Source of the DNA: Eledone cirrhosa
Taxonomy: Eukaryota
DNA length: 64,000 nt
NCBI GenBank assembly: GCA_964016885.1
Contig: OZ024762.1
Coordinates: 24,180,001 to 24,244,000 of the forward strand
Direction: 5' to 3'
Shown: one piece after another, positions 53,718 to 64,000 of the stretch
Position numbering within the stretch: position 1 is the first letter of the stretch
Layout of the letters: each line of letters starts with the position of its first letter
Translations under genes and position numbers: made by a program
The notes under the pieces: model-generated
Seen by the model: only the letters and a program-made list of their open reading frames with translations
Database searches by the model: none
What the model was told of the DNA's origin: nothing

Positions 53718-54499
53718 TTGATATTTATCTTAAAAACCTTCTATCATAATTTTATGTAAGAACTTTTGTTAAGTTATATTCCAAATACCAGTGCAGCCCT
53801 TTTGATACCAAACCAACTGAAATCAACCCTGGTTCTGTGACACTAAACTGTTTATTTTAAAGGTTTTCCCTTCTAAACCATTTGAAACCACCCCTAGTTC
53901 TGTGGTAGGAAGCTGTTTATTTTAATTCTTGATACCAAACTACTTGAAACTGCCTCTGGTTCTGATACAAAGCTGTTTATTTAAAACAATTTACTATTTA
54001 CATCTCATAGAGTCTATATTATGTGAGATAATTATGTGAGGTAAGGCCTTTAGCACAAACATATAATAATATATATAGAGTAATGTAAATGATAAAGTAT
54101 TAAAACAAACATTTTCTTGTATCATAGAACCAGGAGTGGTTTCAGTTGGTTTATTATCAAAACATTAATCTATGAATGTTGAAGAAAGATGCTTGTTAAG
54201 TTCCATCAATAAATAATATCAAACCTCGAACTGAAAAGCCCAGAGTTACAAAAATAAAGTTGTTAATCTAGAACATTACTGTTTCATCCCAAGGTTAACT
54301 TTACCTTTCAGTCTTAAGGGGTTGATAAAATAAAGTACCAGTAATGCACTGGCGTCGATTTAGTCGACTTACTCCTTCCTCCAAAATTGCTGGCCTTGTG
54401 CCTATAGTAGAAATCATTATTGTAACCATTCGTGGATTGTTCCATACCAAAATAGAATCTTCCATGGAAAGATGGATATCCAGGCTACTATAGCTTCAA

Positions 54500-55420
54500 G
54501 GCGGGGAAGTGGCAGAGTTGTTAGAACGTCAGATAGAATGTTCTATGGTATTCATTCCAGCCTTCTGCTCTCTGAGTTCAAATCCCGCCGAGGTCAACTT
54601 TGTCTGTCATCCTTTCGAGGCCGATAAAAGAAAATACCAGTCTCGTACTGGGGGTCAATTCTTCCTCTTTATCTCTTTCTCACTTCCATCCTCTCTCTCT
54701 CTCTCTCTCTCACTGCCTCATTCAGTTGAAATTCTGTTGAGGTCACCCCCCCCCCCTGCCTTTCATTCATTCGAGGTCGATAACAAAAGTACCAGTCTAA
54801 TACTGGGGTTGATTCTTCCTCTATATCTCTTTCTCATTACCTCTCTCTCATTCTTTGGAAGAAATCTTCTGTACTCAGAGCTGGAGAGGGGTGGGCTCCA
54901 CCAGGTCAGGCCAGGAGAGGCATGGGCTCCACCAGGTCAGGTCAGGAGAGGGATGGGCTCCACCAGGTCAGACCTGGAGAGGGATGGGCTCCACCAGGTC
55001 AGACCTGGAGAGGGGTGGGCTCCACCAAGTCAGGCCAAGAGAGGGATGGGATCCACCAGGTCAGGCCAAGAGAGGGATGGGCTCCACCAGGTCAGACCTG
55101 GAGAGGGATGGGCCCCACCAGGTCAGGCCAAGAGAGGGATGGGCTCCACCAGGTCAGGCCTGGAGAGGGGTGGGCTCCACCAGGTCAGGCCTGGAGAGGG
55201 GTGGGCTCCACCAGGTCAGGCCAGGAGAGGGGTGGGCTCCACCAGGTCAGACCTGGAGAGGGATGGACTCCACCAGGTCAGACCTGGAGAGGGATGGACT
55301 CCACCAGGTCAGACCTGGAGAGGGATGGGCTCCTCCAGGGTTAAAATATCCAAGAAACACTGTATGTCACCATGGCACCCCTACAACTCTATCAGGAGTT
55401 ACGGAACCATACATACATAT
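54500..55420 (+). mobile_element. Composite dimeric SINE carrying an expanded 31-bp minisatellite (54880-55338, ~14.5 copies)
   Basis: tRNA-like head. Unit GGAGAGGGATGGGCTCCACCAGGTCAGACCT. Homologous to 5300-5812(-). Confidence 0.82.
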
Positions 55421-56433
55421 ATACATAGTTCCATCCATTATTGTAACCATCCATGGACTGTTCCATACCAAAATAGAATCTTCCATGGAAGATGTTAACC
55501 CAAACTGCCATAGATTCATCCATTATTGACCATCCATAGATTGTTCCCTACCAACATAGAACCTTCTGCTATAGATTCATCCATTGTTACCACCATACAT
55601 GGACTGTTCCATACCAAAATAGAATCTTCCATGGGAAGTTGGATCAGATAATTGTGAGAAATCCAAATATTTGCAAATCCAGTAATCCATAAAAAATATA
55701 TAGCTGGTTATTCTCTCTTGTCGCTCTCTTGTCTCTCTCTTCTTTCTTCTACCTCCTTTTCTCTCTCTTACCTCACTCTCTTCTCCTCCCTCTCTCTCTT
55801 GTCTTTCTCCTCTTCCTCTCGCCTTTCTCTTTCCTCGCTTTCTTGTCCCTCTTTCTCTCTTGTCTCTCTCTCTACTTCCCCCCTTTTCCCCTACTTCCCC
55901 TCTTTCTCTCTCTTGTCCCACTCTCTCTTCTTCCACTTTCTCTCTCTCTCTTTCTCTGTGCCTCTTCTCATCCCCCTCTCTCTCTCTGTGCCTCCTCTCT
56001 CTTTCTCTCTCTTTCTCTCATGCCGCTCTCTTATCCCCCCTCTCTCTCTCTGTATCACCCTCTCTTCCCTCTCTCTGGATTTCTCCCCCCCTCTCTCTGT
56101 ATCACCCTCTCTTACCTCTCTCTGGATTTCTCCCCCCCTCTCTCTGTATCACCCTCTCTTACCTCTCTCTGGATTTCTCCCCCCCTCTCTCCACTCAACC
56201 AAATCTTATGGATTCTATATTTAAACAAAGAGAAACAAAAGAAAAAAAAACGATCACAATCTTTCTCTCTCTCTCACTCTCTCTCTCTCTCTCTCTCTTA
56301 GACTCTATCACACATCCTACCTCTCTCTTTCACTTTCTCTCTCTCTATCACACATATACTACCCCTCTCTCTCTCTCACACATATACTCCCTCTCTCTCA
56401 CTTTCTCTCATAGACTATCACACATACATACTA

Positions 56434-56466
<33 letters not shown>

Positions 56467-56569
56467 ATGTCTGCCTATCTCTGTCTCTCTCTCTCTCTCT
56501 CTCTCTTCCCTCACCCACTCTCTCTCATAGTCACACTCCACTCAACAACCAGCCAATGTCTATAGATTC

Positions 56570-56630
<61 letters not shown>

Positions 56631-57295
56631 AATAAATAAAATTCTCTTCCCATTGATATTGGTAAGTGGTGAGGTGGTTGTGTGGTTGTGAGAGGTGGGG
56701 AGGAAGGTAGAAATAAACAGAGAAAGAAAGAAAGAGAGTGTTTTTGGTAAGGGGTGAGAGAGGTGAAGGGGAAGGGAGGAATAAACAGAGAGAGAGAGAG
56801 AGACCCAGATTAGTTCCATCAATTTTATTATGCCAAATTAATGTCTATTTTGATGAAGAACTTAACAATAACTATAAAATTCCATAACACAAATCATTCT
56901 GCCTTTAGCCTTCCATTTCCCTGTCTGATTCTTTTGTCTTTTTCCTTCATCTCTTAACTTCTATCTTCTTGTATCTTCTGGCTTCTATTTTCTATCTTCT
57001 GTCTTCTCTCCTCTCTCTTCTATCTTCTGTCTTCTCTCTTCTCTCTTCTGTCTCCTATCTTCTCTCTTCTGTCTCCTATCTTCTCTCTTCTCTCTTCTAT
57101 CTTCTCTCTTCTATTGCCTGTCTAATATCTCTCTTCAATTGCCTGTCTAATATCTCTCTTCTATCTCCACTCTTCTCTTTTCTATCTTCACTCTTCTCTT
57201 TTCTATCTTCTCTCTTCTATCTTCGGTCTCCTATCTTCTCTCTTCTTCTCTCTTCTCTTTTCTATTGCCTGCCTATCTTCTGTCTTCTCTCTTCT

Positions 57296-57465
57296 CTCTC
57301 CTATCTAATGTCTCTCTTCTCTCTCCTATCTAATGTCTCTCTTCTCTCTCCTATCTAATGTCTCTCTTCTCTCTCCTATCTAATGTCTCTCTTCTCTCTC
57401 CTATCTAATGTCTCTCTTCTCTCTCCTATCTAATGTCTCTCTTCTCTCACCTGTCTAATGTCTCC
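57296..57465 (+). repeat. 25-bp minisatellite in a CT-rich tract
   Basis: CTATCTAATGTCTCTCTTCTCTCTC at 57301, 57326, 57351 and onward. Confidence 0.9.
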
Positions 57466-57554
57466 AAGGCCACACACCTCCAAGGACCAAATGGTGGTGT
57501 GATATCCAGCACTAGACTTATTTATCCACCCAAGATAAATAAAAACACTTTAAC

Positions 57555-57955
57555 CCATGCATGAGAAGGATCCAGGCGCTTGAGGACAAATGTATGAGAA
57601 AACTCCTTCGTATTTCCTATTGGGAACGTAAAACCAATAAATACGTGAGGGGTGAGGTTAACATTTTTGTGGGTCACCAGGAACCTCTCCTTACCACTGT
57701 CAAGAGGAGGAAATTGGAGTAGTTTAGCCACGTCACATGACATGACAGCCTGTGCAAGACCATCATGGAAGGCAACGTTGAAGGTAGACGAAGGAGGGGA
57801 CGCCAACGCAAAAACTGGTTGGACAATGTCAAAGAATGGACGCAAATGACGACACCAGATTTGTTGACGGCCGCCGCCAACAGACTATTTTGAGTGTGTG
57901 CTGCTTCTGCTGTAGATCCCACCGATAACTACAGAAGTCAAGGGACTGATGATGA
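57555..57955 (+). mobile_element. Decayed RTE/BovB-like LINE 3' fragment
   Basis: Frame RRIQALEDKCMRKLLRISYWERKTNKYVR..VKRRKLE*FSHVT*HDSLCKTIMEGNVEGRRRRGRQRKNWLDNVKEWT. Ends GGGAC(TGA)n. Confidence 0.88.
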
Positions 57956-58431
57956 AGACCCCTCTTTGGTCATGAAAGACCATGGGATTTTCACCTAGAA
58001 AGTTTCCCTCCGAGGCACAAGTCTGGGCCAGGTTGTTTGTGGGAGGACAGCAATCACCCATGTACACAAGTCTCCCCTCTTCATGCCACTGATAATGTCC
58101 AAGGGAAAGGCTATGGCTGATACAGCTTGGCACCAGTGACGTGGCAACATTTCTATAGAGAGATTTACTATATATATACACTATATACACCTTATATACA
58201 CTATATATACACTAAACTATATATGATGGTGTCCAAGGGAAAGAGAAAGGCTGACACAGCTTGGCACCAATGACATAGCAACTCATATATTCACTATATA
58301 TACACAATATGTACAGTATATATACACTATATATACTATATACACAATATGTACAGTATATATACACTATATGTACTATATATACATTATGTACAATATA
58401 TATACACTATATGTACTATATATACAATATT

Positions 58432-58776
58432 ATCATTATCATCATCATTTCATTTTACGTCCGCTTTTTCACTGCTTGCAAGGGTGGGACGGGAACTGAT
58501 TCTGGCTTGATTTCTACAGCTGGATGCCCTTCCTAACACCAACCTCATTTACAGTGAGTGCTGGGTGCTTTTTTGCCGTGGCACCTCCACGGCCACTTTG
58601 CAGTGGAATGATAGGGACCCCAGTCCTTATCATCTCATTTCTACAGCTGAGTAAACTGGAGCAATGTGAAATAAAGTGTCTTGCTCAAGGAAACAACACA
58701 TCACCCGGTCTGAGAATTGAACTCACAACCTTTCGATTGCAAGGCCAATGCTCTAACCACTACGCCATGTGCTTCC
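58432..58776 (-). mobile_element. SINE S2
   Basis: Near-identical to 20767-21114. Confidence 0.9.
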
Positions 58777-59945
58777 AGTATATATACACTATATGTACTA
58801 TATATACATTATGTACAGTATATATACAATATGTACAGTATATATACATTATGTACAGTATATATACACTATATGTACTATATATACATTATGTACAGTA
58901 TATATACACAATATATACTATATATACATTATGTACAGTATATATACACAATATATACTATATATACATTATGTACAGTATATATACACTATATATATAT
59001 GATGTCCAAGAGAAAGGCAATGACCAATACAGTTTGGCACCAGTTATATCACAACTCATTTCTACAGCTGAGTAAACTGGAGCAACGCGAAATAAAGTGT
59101 CTTGCTCAAGGACACAATGCATCAACCGGTCCAGAATTGAACTCCCAACCTTTCGATTGCAAGCCCAATGCTCTAACCAATAAGACAAGCATCTTATTTA
59201 AACTGGCTGTATCTGGTCAGAATTCTCTCCCCTCTTTTTTTTCAAACTGGCTGTAACTGGCCTCTCATACTGTTGTTAAGGTATTGTTCTCAAAATAAAT
59301 AATATGAAAACCTCATAGATTTAATATTATGTGAGGTAAAGCCTTTACCATGGACTCCATTTGCTCACAATAGTGAGTGATGTGGAGAGCAGGAGAGACA
59401 GAGTCAGTGACAGTGGGAGTTTGGTTCCTTTGTGTTCGGATCTGGTGTGTATATCAGAGATGGGGAGAGTGGGAGAGACGGAGGCTGTGACAGTGGGAGT
59501 TTGGCTCCTTTGTGTTCGGACCTGGTGTATATATGGGAGAGTCAGAGGCAGTGACAGTGGGAGTTTGGTTCCTTTGTGTTCGGACCTGGTGTATATATAT
59601 ATATATTTAATATGGGTGGAGGTGGTGAGAGCAGACCTCAGATTGCTGAAACTCACGAAGGAGATGACGAAGGACCGTGACAAGTGGAGAGATGCTGAAT
59701 AGGACCCGTCCCACCCTTGCAAGCAGGGAAAAGCGGACATAATATGATGATGATGATTCACTCACTCACACTGTTGTAGCTAACCATTGTGAGAGTGGTT
59801 GATTGGCAGAATCGGTAGAGTGTCAGACACCATGCTTTGTAGCATAGAGTTACGGCTGTTTATGTTCTGAGTTCAAATCTTGCTGAGGTTAGCTTTACCT
59901 TTCATCTTTAAGGGGTCGATAAAATAAAGTACCAGTCACGCACTA

Positions 59946-60885
59946 TCACTGCCTCCGTCTCTCCCGCTCTCCCCATCTCTCCCATATATACACCAGGTCC
60001 GAACACAAAGGAGCCAAACTCCAACTGTCACTGCCTCCATCTCTCCCATATATACACCAGGTCCGAACACAAAGGAACCAAACTCCCACTGTCACTGCCT
60101 CCATCTCTCTCATATATACACCAGGTCCGAACACAAAGGAGCCAAACTCCCACTGTCACTGCCTCCATCTCTCCCATATATACACCAGGTCCGAACACAA
60201 AGGAACCAAACTCCCACTGTCACTGCCTCCATCTCTCACATATATACACCAGGTCCGAACACAAAGGAACCAAACTCCCACTGTCACTGCCTCCATCTCT
60301 CTCATATATACACCAGGTCCGAACACAAAGGAGCCAAACTCCAACTGTCACTGCCTCCATCTCTCCCATATATACACCAGGTCCGAACACAAAGGAACCA
60401 AACTCCCACTCTCCCTGCCTCCATCTCTCCTACATATACACCAGGTCTGAACACAAAGGAGCCAAACTCCCACTGTCACTGCCTCCATCTCTCCCATATA
60501 TACACCAGGTTCGAACACAAAGGAACCAAACTCCCACTGTCACTGCCTCCATCTCTCCTACATATACACCAGGTCTGAACACAAAGGAGCCAAACTCCCA
60601 CTGTCACTGCCTCCATCTCTCTCATATATACACCAGGTTCGAACACAAAGGAGCCAAACTCCCACTGTCACTGCCTCCATCTCTCCCATATATACACCAG
60701 GTCCGAACACAAAGGAACCAAACTCCCACTGTCACTGCCTCCATCTCTCCCATATATACACCAGGTCCGAACACAAAGGAACCAAACTCCCACTGTCACT
60801 GCCTCCATCTCTCCTATATATACACCAGGTCCGAACACAAAGGAACCAAACTCCCACTGTCACTGCCTCCACCTCTCCCACTCTC
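59946..60885 (+). repeat. 64-bp tandem minisatellite (~14 copies); three inverted units at 59405-59595
   Basis: Unit CTGTCACTGCCTCCATCTCTCCCATATATACACCAGGTCCGAACACAAAGGAACCAAACTCCCA. GAACAC at 60001, 60065, 60129 and onward. Confidence 0.93.
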
Positions 60886-61200
60886 CCCATCTCACATATA
60901 GATTCAAATTAAAGTCTTTACCATGGACCCTATTTGCTTATAATAGTGAGAGATGTGGAGAGCGGGATGATAATAATAGAGTAATATTTGTTACTAGACC
61001 ACTCATGACCCGTGGGATCACGTCCACTTCAAAATACTTTTTAAAAATCATGTTCTCTTAAAAATAATTTTTAAATAATTAAAATATACACACACTTGTA
61101 TATAATGTGAAATGAAACTGGAAGGCCCATATATATATACACAAGGCTCTGATACCATCAACACTATAAACACAGAGCTGGCATATCTAAGAACTGACTA

Positions 61201-61256
61201 ACTGCCTGATGAGGTCGTAGCCATTCAATGGCTATCATCGAAATATATATAGCAGT
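61201..61256 (+). ncRNA. Type I hammerhead ribozyme motif (AUA triplet, canonical G10.1-C11.1)
   Basis: ACTGC-CTGATGA-GGT-cg-TAGCCAT-tca-ATGGCTA-tc-ATC-GAAA-TATATA-TA-GCAGT. Confidence 0.85.
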
Positions 61257-61762
61257 AAATAAAGGATTATGAGTTCGTGCAATTGACTTATGTTTCGTCA
61301 CTATATATATATACGTGTGTGTGTGTATATATATATATGTGTGTGTATAAATATATGTATATATATGTGGGTGTCTGTGATCTATATGCACTGGTCATAG
61401 ACACACACACACATATATACACACACACACACATATATATATACACAACAACACCACCAGCTCTCTTCCATTCTCCTTCTCTGTCTCCTCTCCCCCTCTC
61501 TCTATGTCCCTCTTTCAATCTACTCTGTCACAACCACTATCTCTTCCTCTCTATCTTTCTCTCTATTTGTTTATGATGGTACCCGGAAAAACCCCATATC
61601 TCGGGAACCCCTGATCCGATTTACGCGAAACTTGTTTTATTCCATTTATATTCCCATTTCAGGGTCAACCTCCTTTCAAAGTATTTTCCCATTATGCCCC
61701 CTTTTGGCTGTATTACATTACAGACAAGCAAGCAAGCAAACAATCACAGAGTTTTAGTATTA

Positions 61763-62111
61763 TCATCATCATCATCATCATCATTTCATTTTACGTCCGC
61801 TTTTTCCCTGCTTGCAAGGGTGGGACGGGAACTGATCCTGGCTTGATTTCTACAGCTGGATGCCCTTCCTAACACCAACCTCATTTACAGTGAGTGCTGG
61901 GTGCTTTTTGCTGTGGCACCTCCACGACCACTTTAGAGTGGAATGATATGGACCGCAGTCCCTATCATCTCATTTCTACAGCTGAGTAAACTGGAGCAAT
62001 GTGAACTAAAGTGTCTTGCTCAAGGAAACAACACATTACCCGGTCTGAGAATTGAACTCACAACCTTTCGATTGCAAAGCCAATGCTCTAACCACTAAGC
62101 CATGTGCCTCC
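61763..62111 (-). mobile_element. SINE S2
   Basis: Near-identical to 20767-21114. Confidence 0.9.
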
Positions 62112-62545
62112 ATATTATATAGATATTAATATGTTACATGTATCTCGGTCAGTACTTGAGTTTCGCTGAGCTGCTGGTTAATTCATCTTGTCTGGCTTTA
62201 TTAAACCAGTGGCTATTCTGACGAGAATCTAATTTGATTTCTATTAGAAACACAAAGTACTTTTGTATAACATCTGAAAGTAAATAAAGTTAACCATGCT
62301 CTCTCTATAAATATATCTTATATTCAGTTGTTTAATGTACGGCTAGTCTATTTAATCCACGGATTATATAGTAATAGATGAGCTGTGGGGATGTGTGTGT
62401 GTATGTATGTGTGGTGTGTGTGCGTGTGCATTTATGTATGTAATATATATATATGCGTGTGTGTGTGTGTATATATATATAAGTATATATGTGTATATGT
62501 GTATATATATGTGTATGTATATATATATATATGTGTATGTATATA

Positions 62546-62597
<52 letters not shown>

Positions 62598-62782
62598 TGT
62601 ATGTATATGTATATGTATATATATGTATGTATATGTGTATATGTGTATATATATGTATATACACATATATATATATATACATACATGTATATATATATGT
62701 ATATATGTATGTGTAAATATATTTGTGAGTGTATATATATATATATATGCACACATATACATTTATGTATATATGTATATGG

Positions 62783-62827
<45 letters not shown>

Positions 62828-62929
62828 AATATGTGTGTATATAGTGTTAATGTTATTGATGATGATGATGATGATGATGTGTTCATTATAGTGGTGACGG
62901 CGTTGGCTATTATAGGAATGGTGTTAGTA

Positions 62930-63670
62930 TTGATGTTGTTGATGTTGATGATGATGGGGTAGTGGTGTTGGTGATGGTGGTGATGATGGTGATGGTGGTG
63001 ATGATGGTGATGGTGGTGGTGTTGGTGATGGTGGTGATGATGATGATGGTGTTGGTGATGATGGTGATGATGGTGGTGGAGATAATGGTGATGATGATGG
63101 TGGTGGTGGTGGTGATGATGATGGGGTAGTGGTGTTGGTGATGATGGTGGTGATGATGGTGATGATGGTGATGATGGTGGTGTTGGTGATGATGGTGGTG
63201 GAGATAATGGTGATGATGATGATGGTGGAGATAATGGTGATGATGGTGGTGGTGATGATGGTGATGATGATGGGGTAGTGGTGTTGGTGGTGGTGATGGT
63301 GATGGTGGTGGAGATAATGGTGATGATGATGGGGTAGTGGTGTTGGTGGTGGTGATGGTGATGGTGGTGATGATGGTGATGGTGTTGGTGATGATGGTGA
63401 TGATGATGGGGTAGTGGTGTTGGTGGTGGTGATGGTGATGGTGGTGGAGATAATGGTGATGATGATGATGGTGGAGATAATGGTGATGGTGGTGGTGGTG
63501 GTGGTGGTGGTGATGATGATGGGGTAGTGGTGTTGGTAATGATGGTGGTGATGATGATGATAGTGATGGTGATGGTGGTGATAGTGATGGTGATGCTGAT
63601 GATAATATTGAAGATGAGGATAGTGATGATGACGGTGGTGTTGGTGATGGTGATGATGATGCTAATGATG
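62930..63670 (+). repeat. (GAT/GGT)n compound VNTR
   Basis: Direct inspection. Shares the GGAGATAATGGT motif with 9120-11430. Confidence 0.92.
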
Positions 63671-63767
63671 ATGTTGCAATATACATGCACACGAGCGCTG
63701 CATGGCTGCACACTAAAGATTAACGTCGCAATACATTAGTTGTGCTTGTTGCTTTTCCAAAGTTGCT

Positions 63768-64000
63768 AAACAACAACAACAGCAACACCAAAACCAAAAG
63801 ACACAACACAAACAACAACAACAACAGCAACACCAAAACCAAAAGACACAACACAAACAACAACAACAACAGCAACACCAAAACCAAAAGACACAACACA
63901 AACAACAACAACAGCAACACCAAAACCAAAAGACACAACACAAACAACAACAACAACAGCAACAACAAAACCAAAAGACACAAACAACAACAACAACAGC
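63768..64000 (+). repeat. ~39-45-bp AAC-rich minisatellite
   Basis: (AAC)nAGCAACACCAAAACCAAAAGACACAACACA repeated about 5 times. Confidence 0.9.

Larger units (their letters stand above)
60992..62123 (+). mobile_element. Possible non-autonomous Helitron/Helentron-like element with nested insertions
   Basis: 5' TACTAGACC..GACCCGTGGGA. The 3' end GAGTTTTAGTATTAT|ATTATATAGAT is split by SINE S2 and preceded by (CAAG)n. Similarity is to typical end motifs only. Confidence 0.35.

Noticed and set aside
54509-55529. 329-aa and 224-aa repetitive ORFs
   Set aside because: Read-through of a SINE plus the 31-bp minisatellite.
62218-62260. CTGACGA...GAAA hammerhead-like string
   Set aside because: No convincing stem I, and stem II is not adjacent to GAAA. 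The strings at 6099, 17374 and ~21270(-) fail in the same way.
62332-63713. 459-aa His/Pro/Thr-rich ORF
   Set aside because: Compound (CAT/CAC)n repeat fused to (TA)n.

Overview
AT-rich, repeat-saturated animal genomic DNA. The repeat families look like those of coleoid cephalopods (octopus-like); this is an inference. The window is probably intronic or intergenic. Nearly all ORFs in the track are artefacts of (TA)n, (CA)n, (GGT)n and (CTT)n simple repeats. The recognisable content is: 5'-truncated RTE-clade LINEs (one with a ~297-codon ORF2 C-terminus containing a PHD-type finger), Ingi/Vingi-like and R4/Dong-like LINE scraps, three tRNA-derived SINE families, piggyBac-, Tc1/pogo- and hAT-like MITEs, many minisatellites derived from TE segments, and one plausible His/Pro-rich host exon (~45.4-45.75 kb). 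The main unexplained signal is a set of short (~150-350 bp) non-coding modules, mostly embedded in (TA)n tracts. At least 8 contain a complete type I hammerhead ribozyme core (CUGANGA...GAAA...UH) with foldable stems and come from at least 5 unrelated sequence families. Several have fold-back (inverted) junctions and share a GAGYRC motif near their 3' end. They look like non-autonomous Penelope-like or retrozyme-like elements that target TA microsatellites. All structures were folded by eye and no searches were run.
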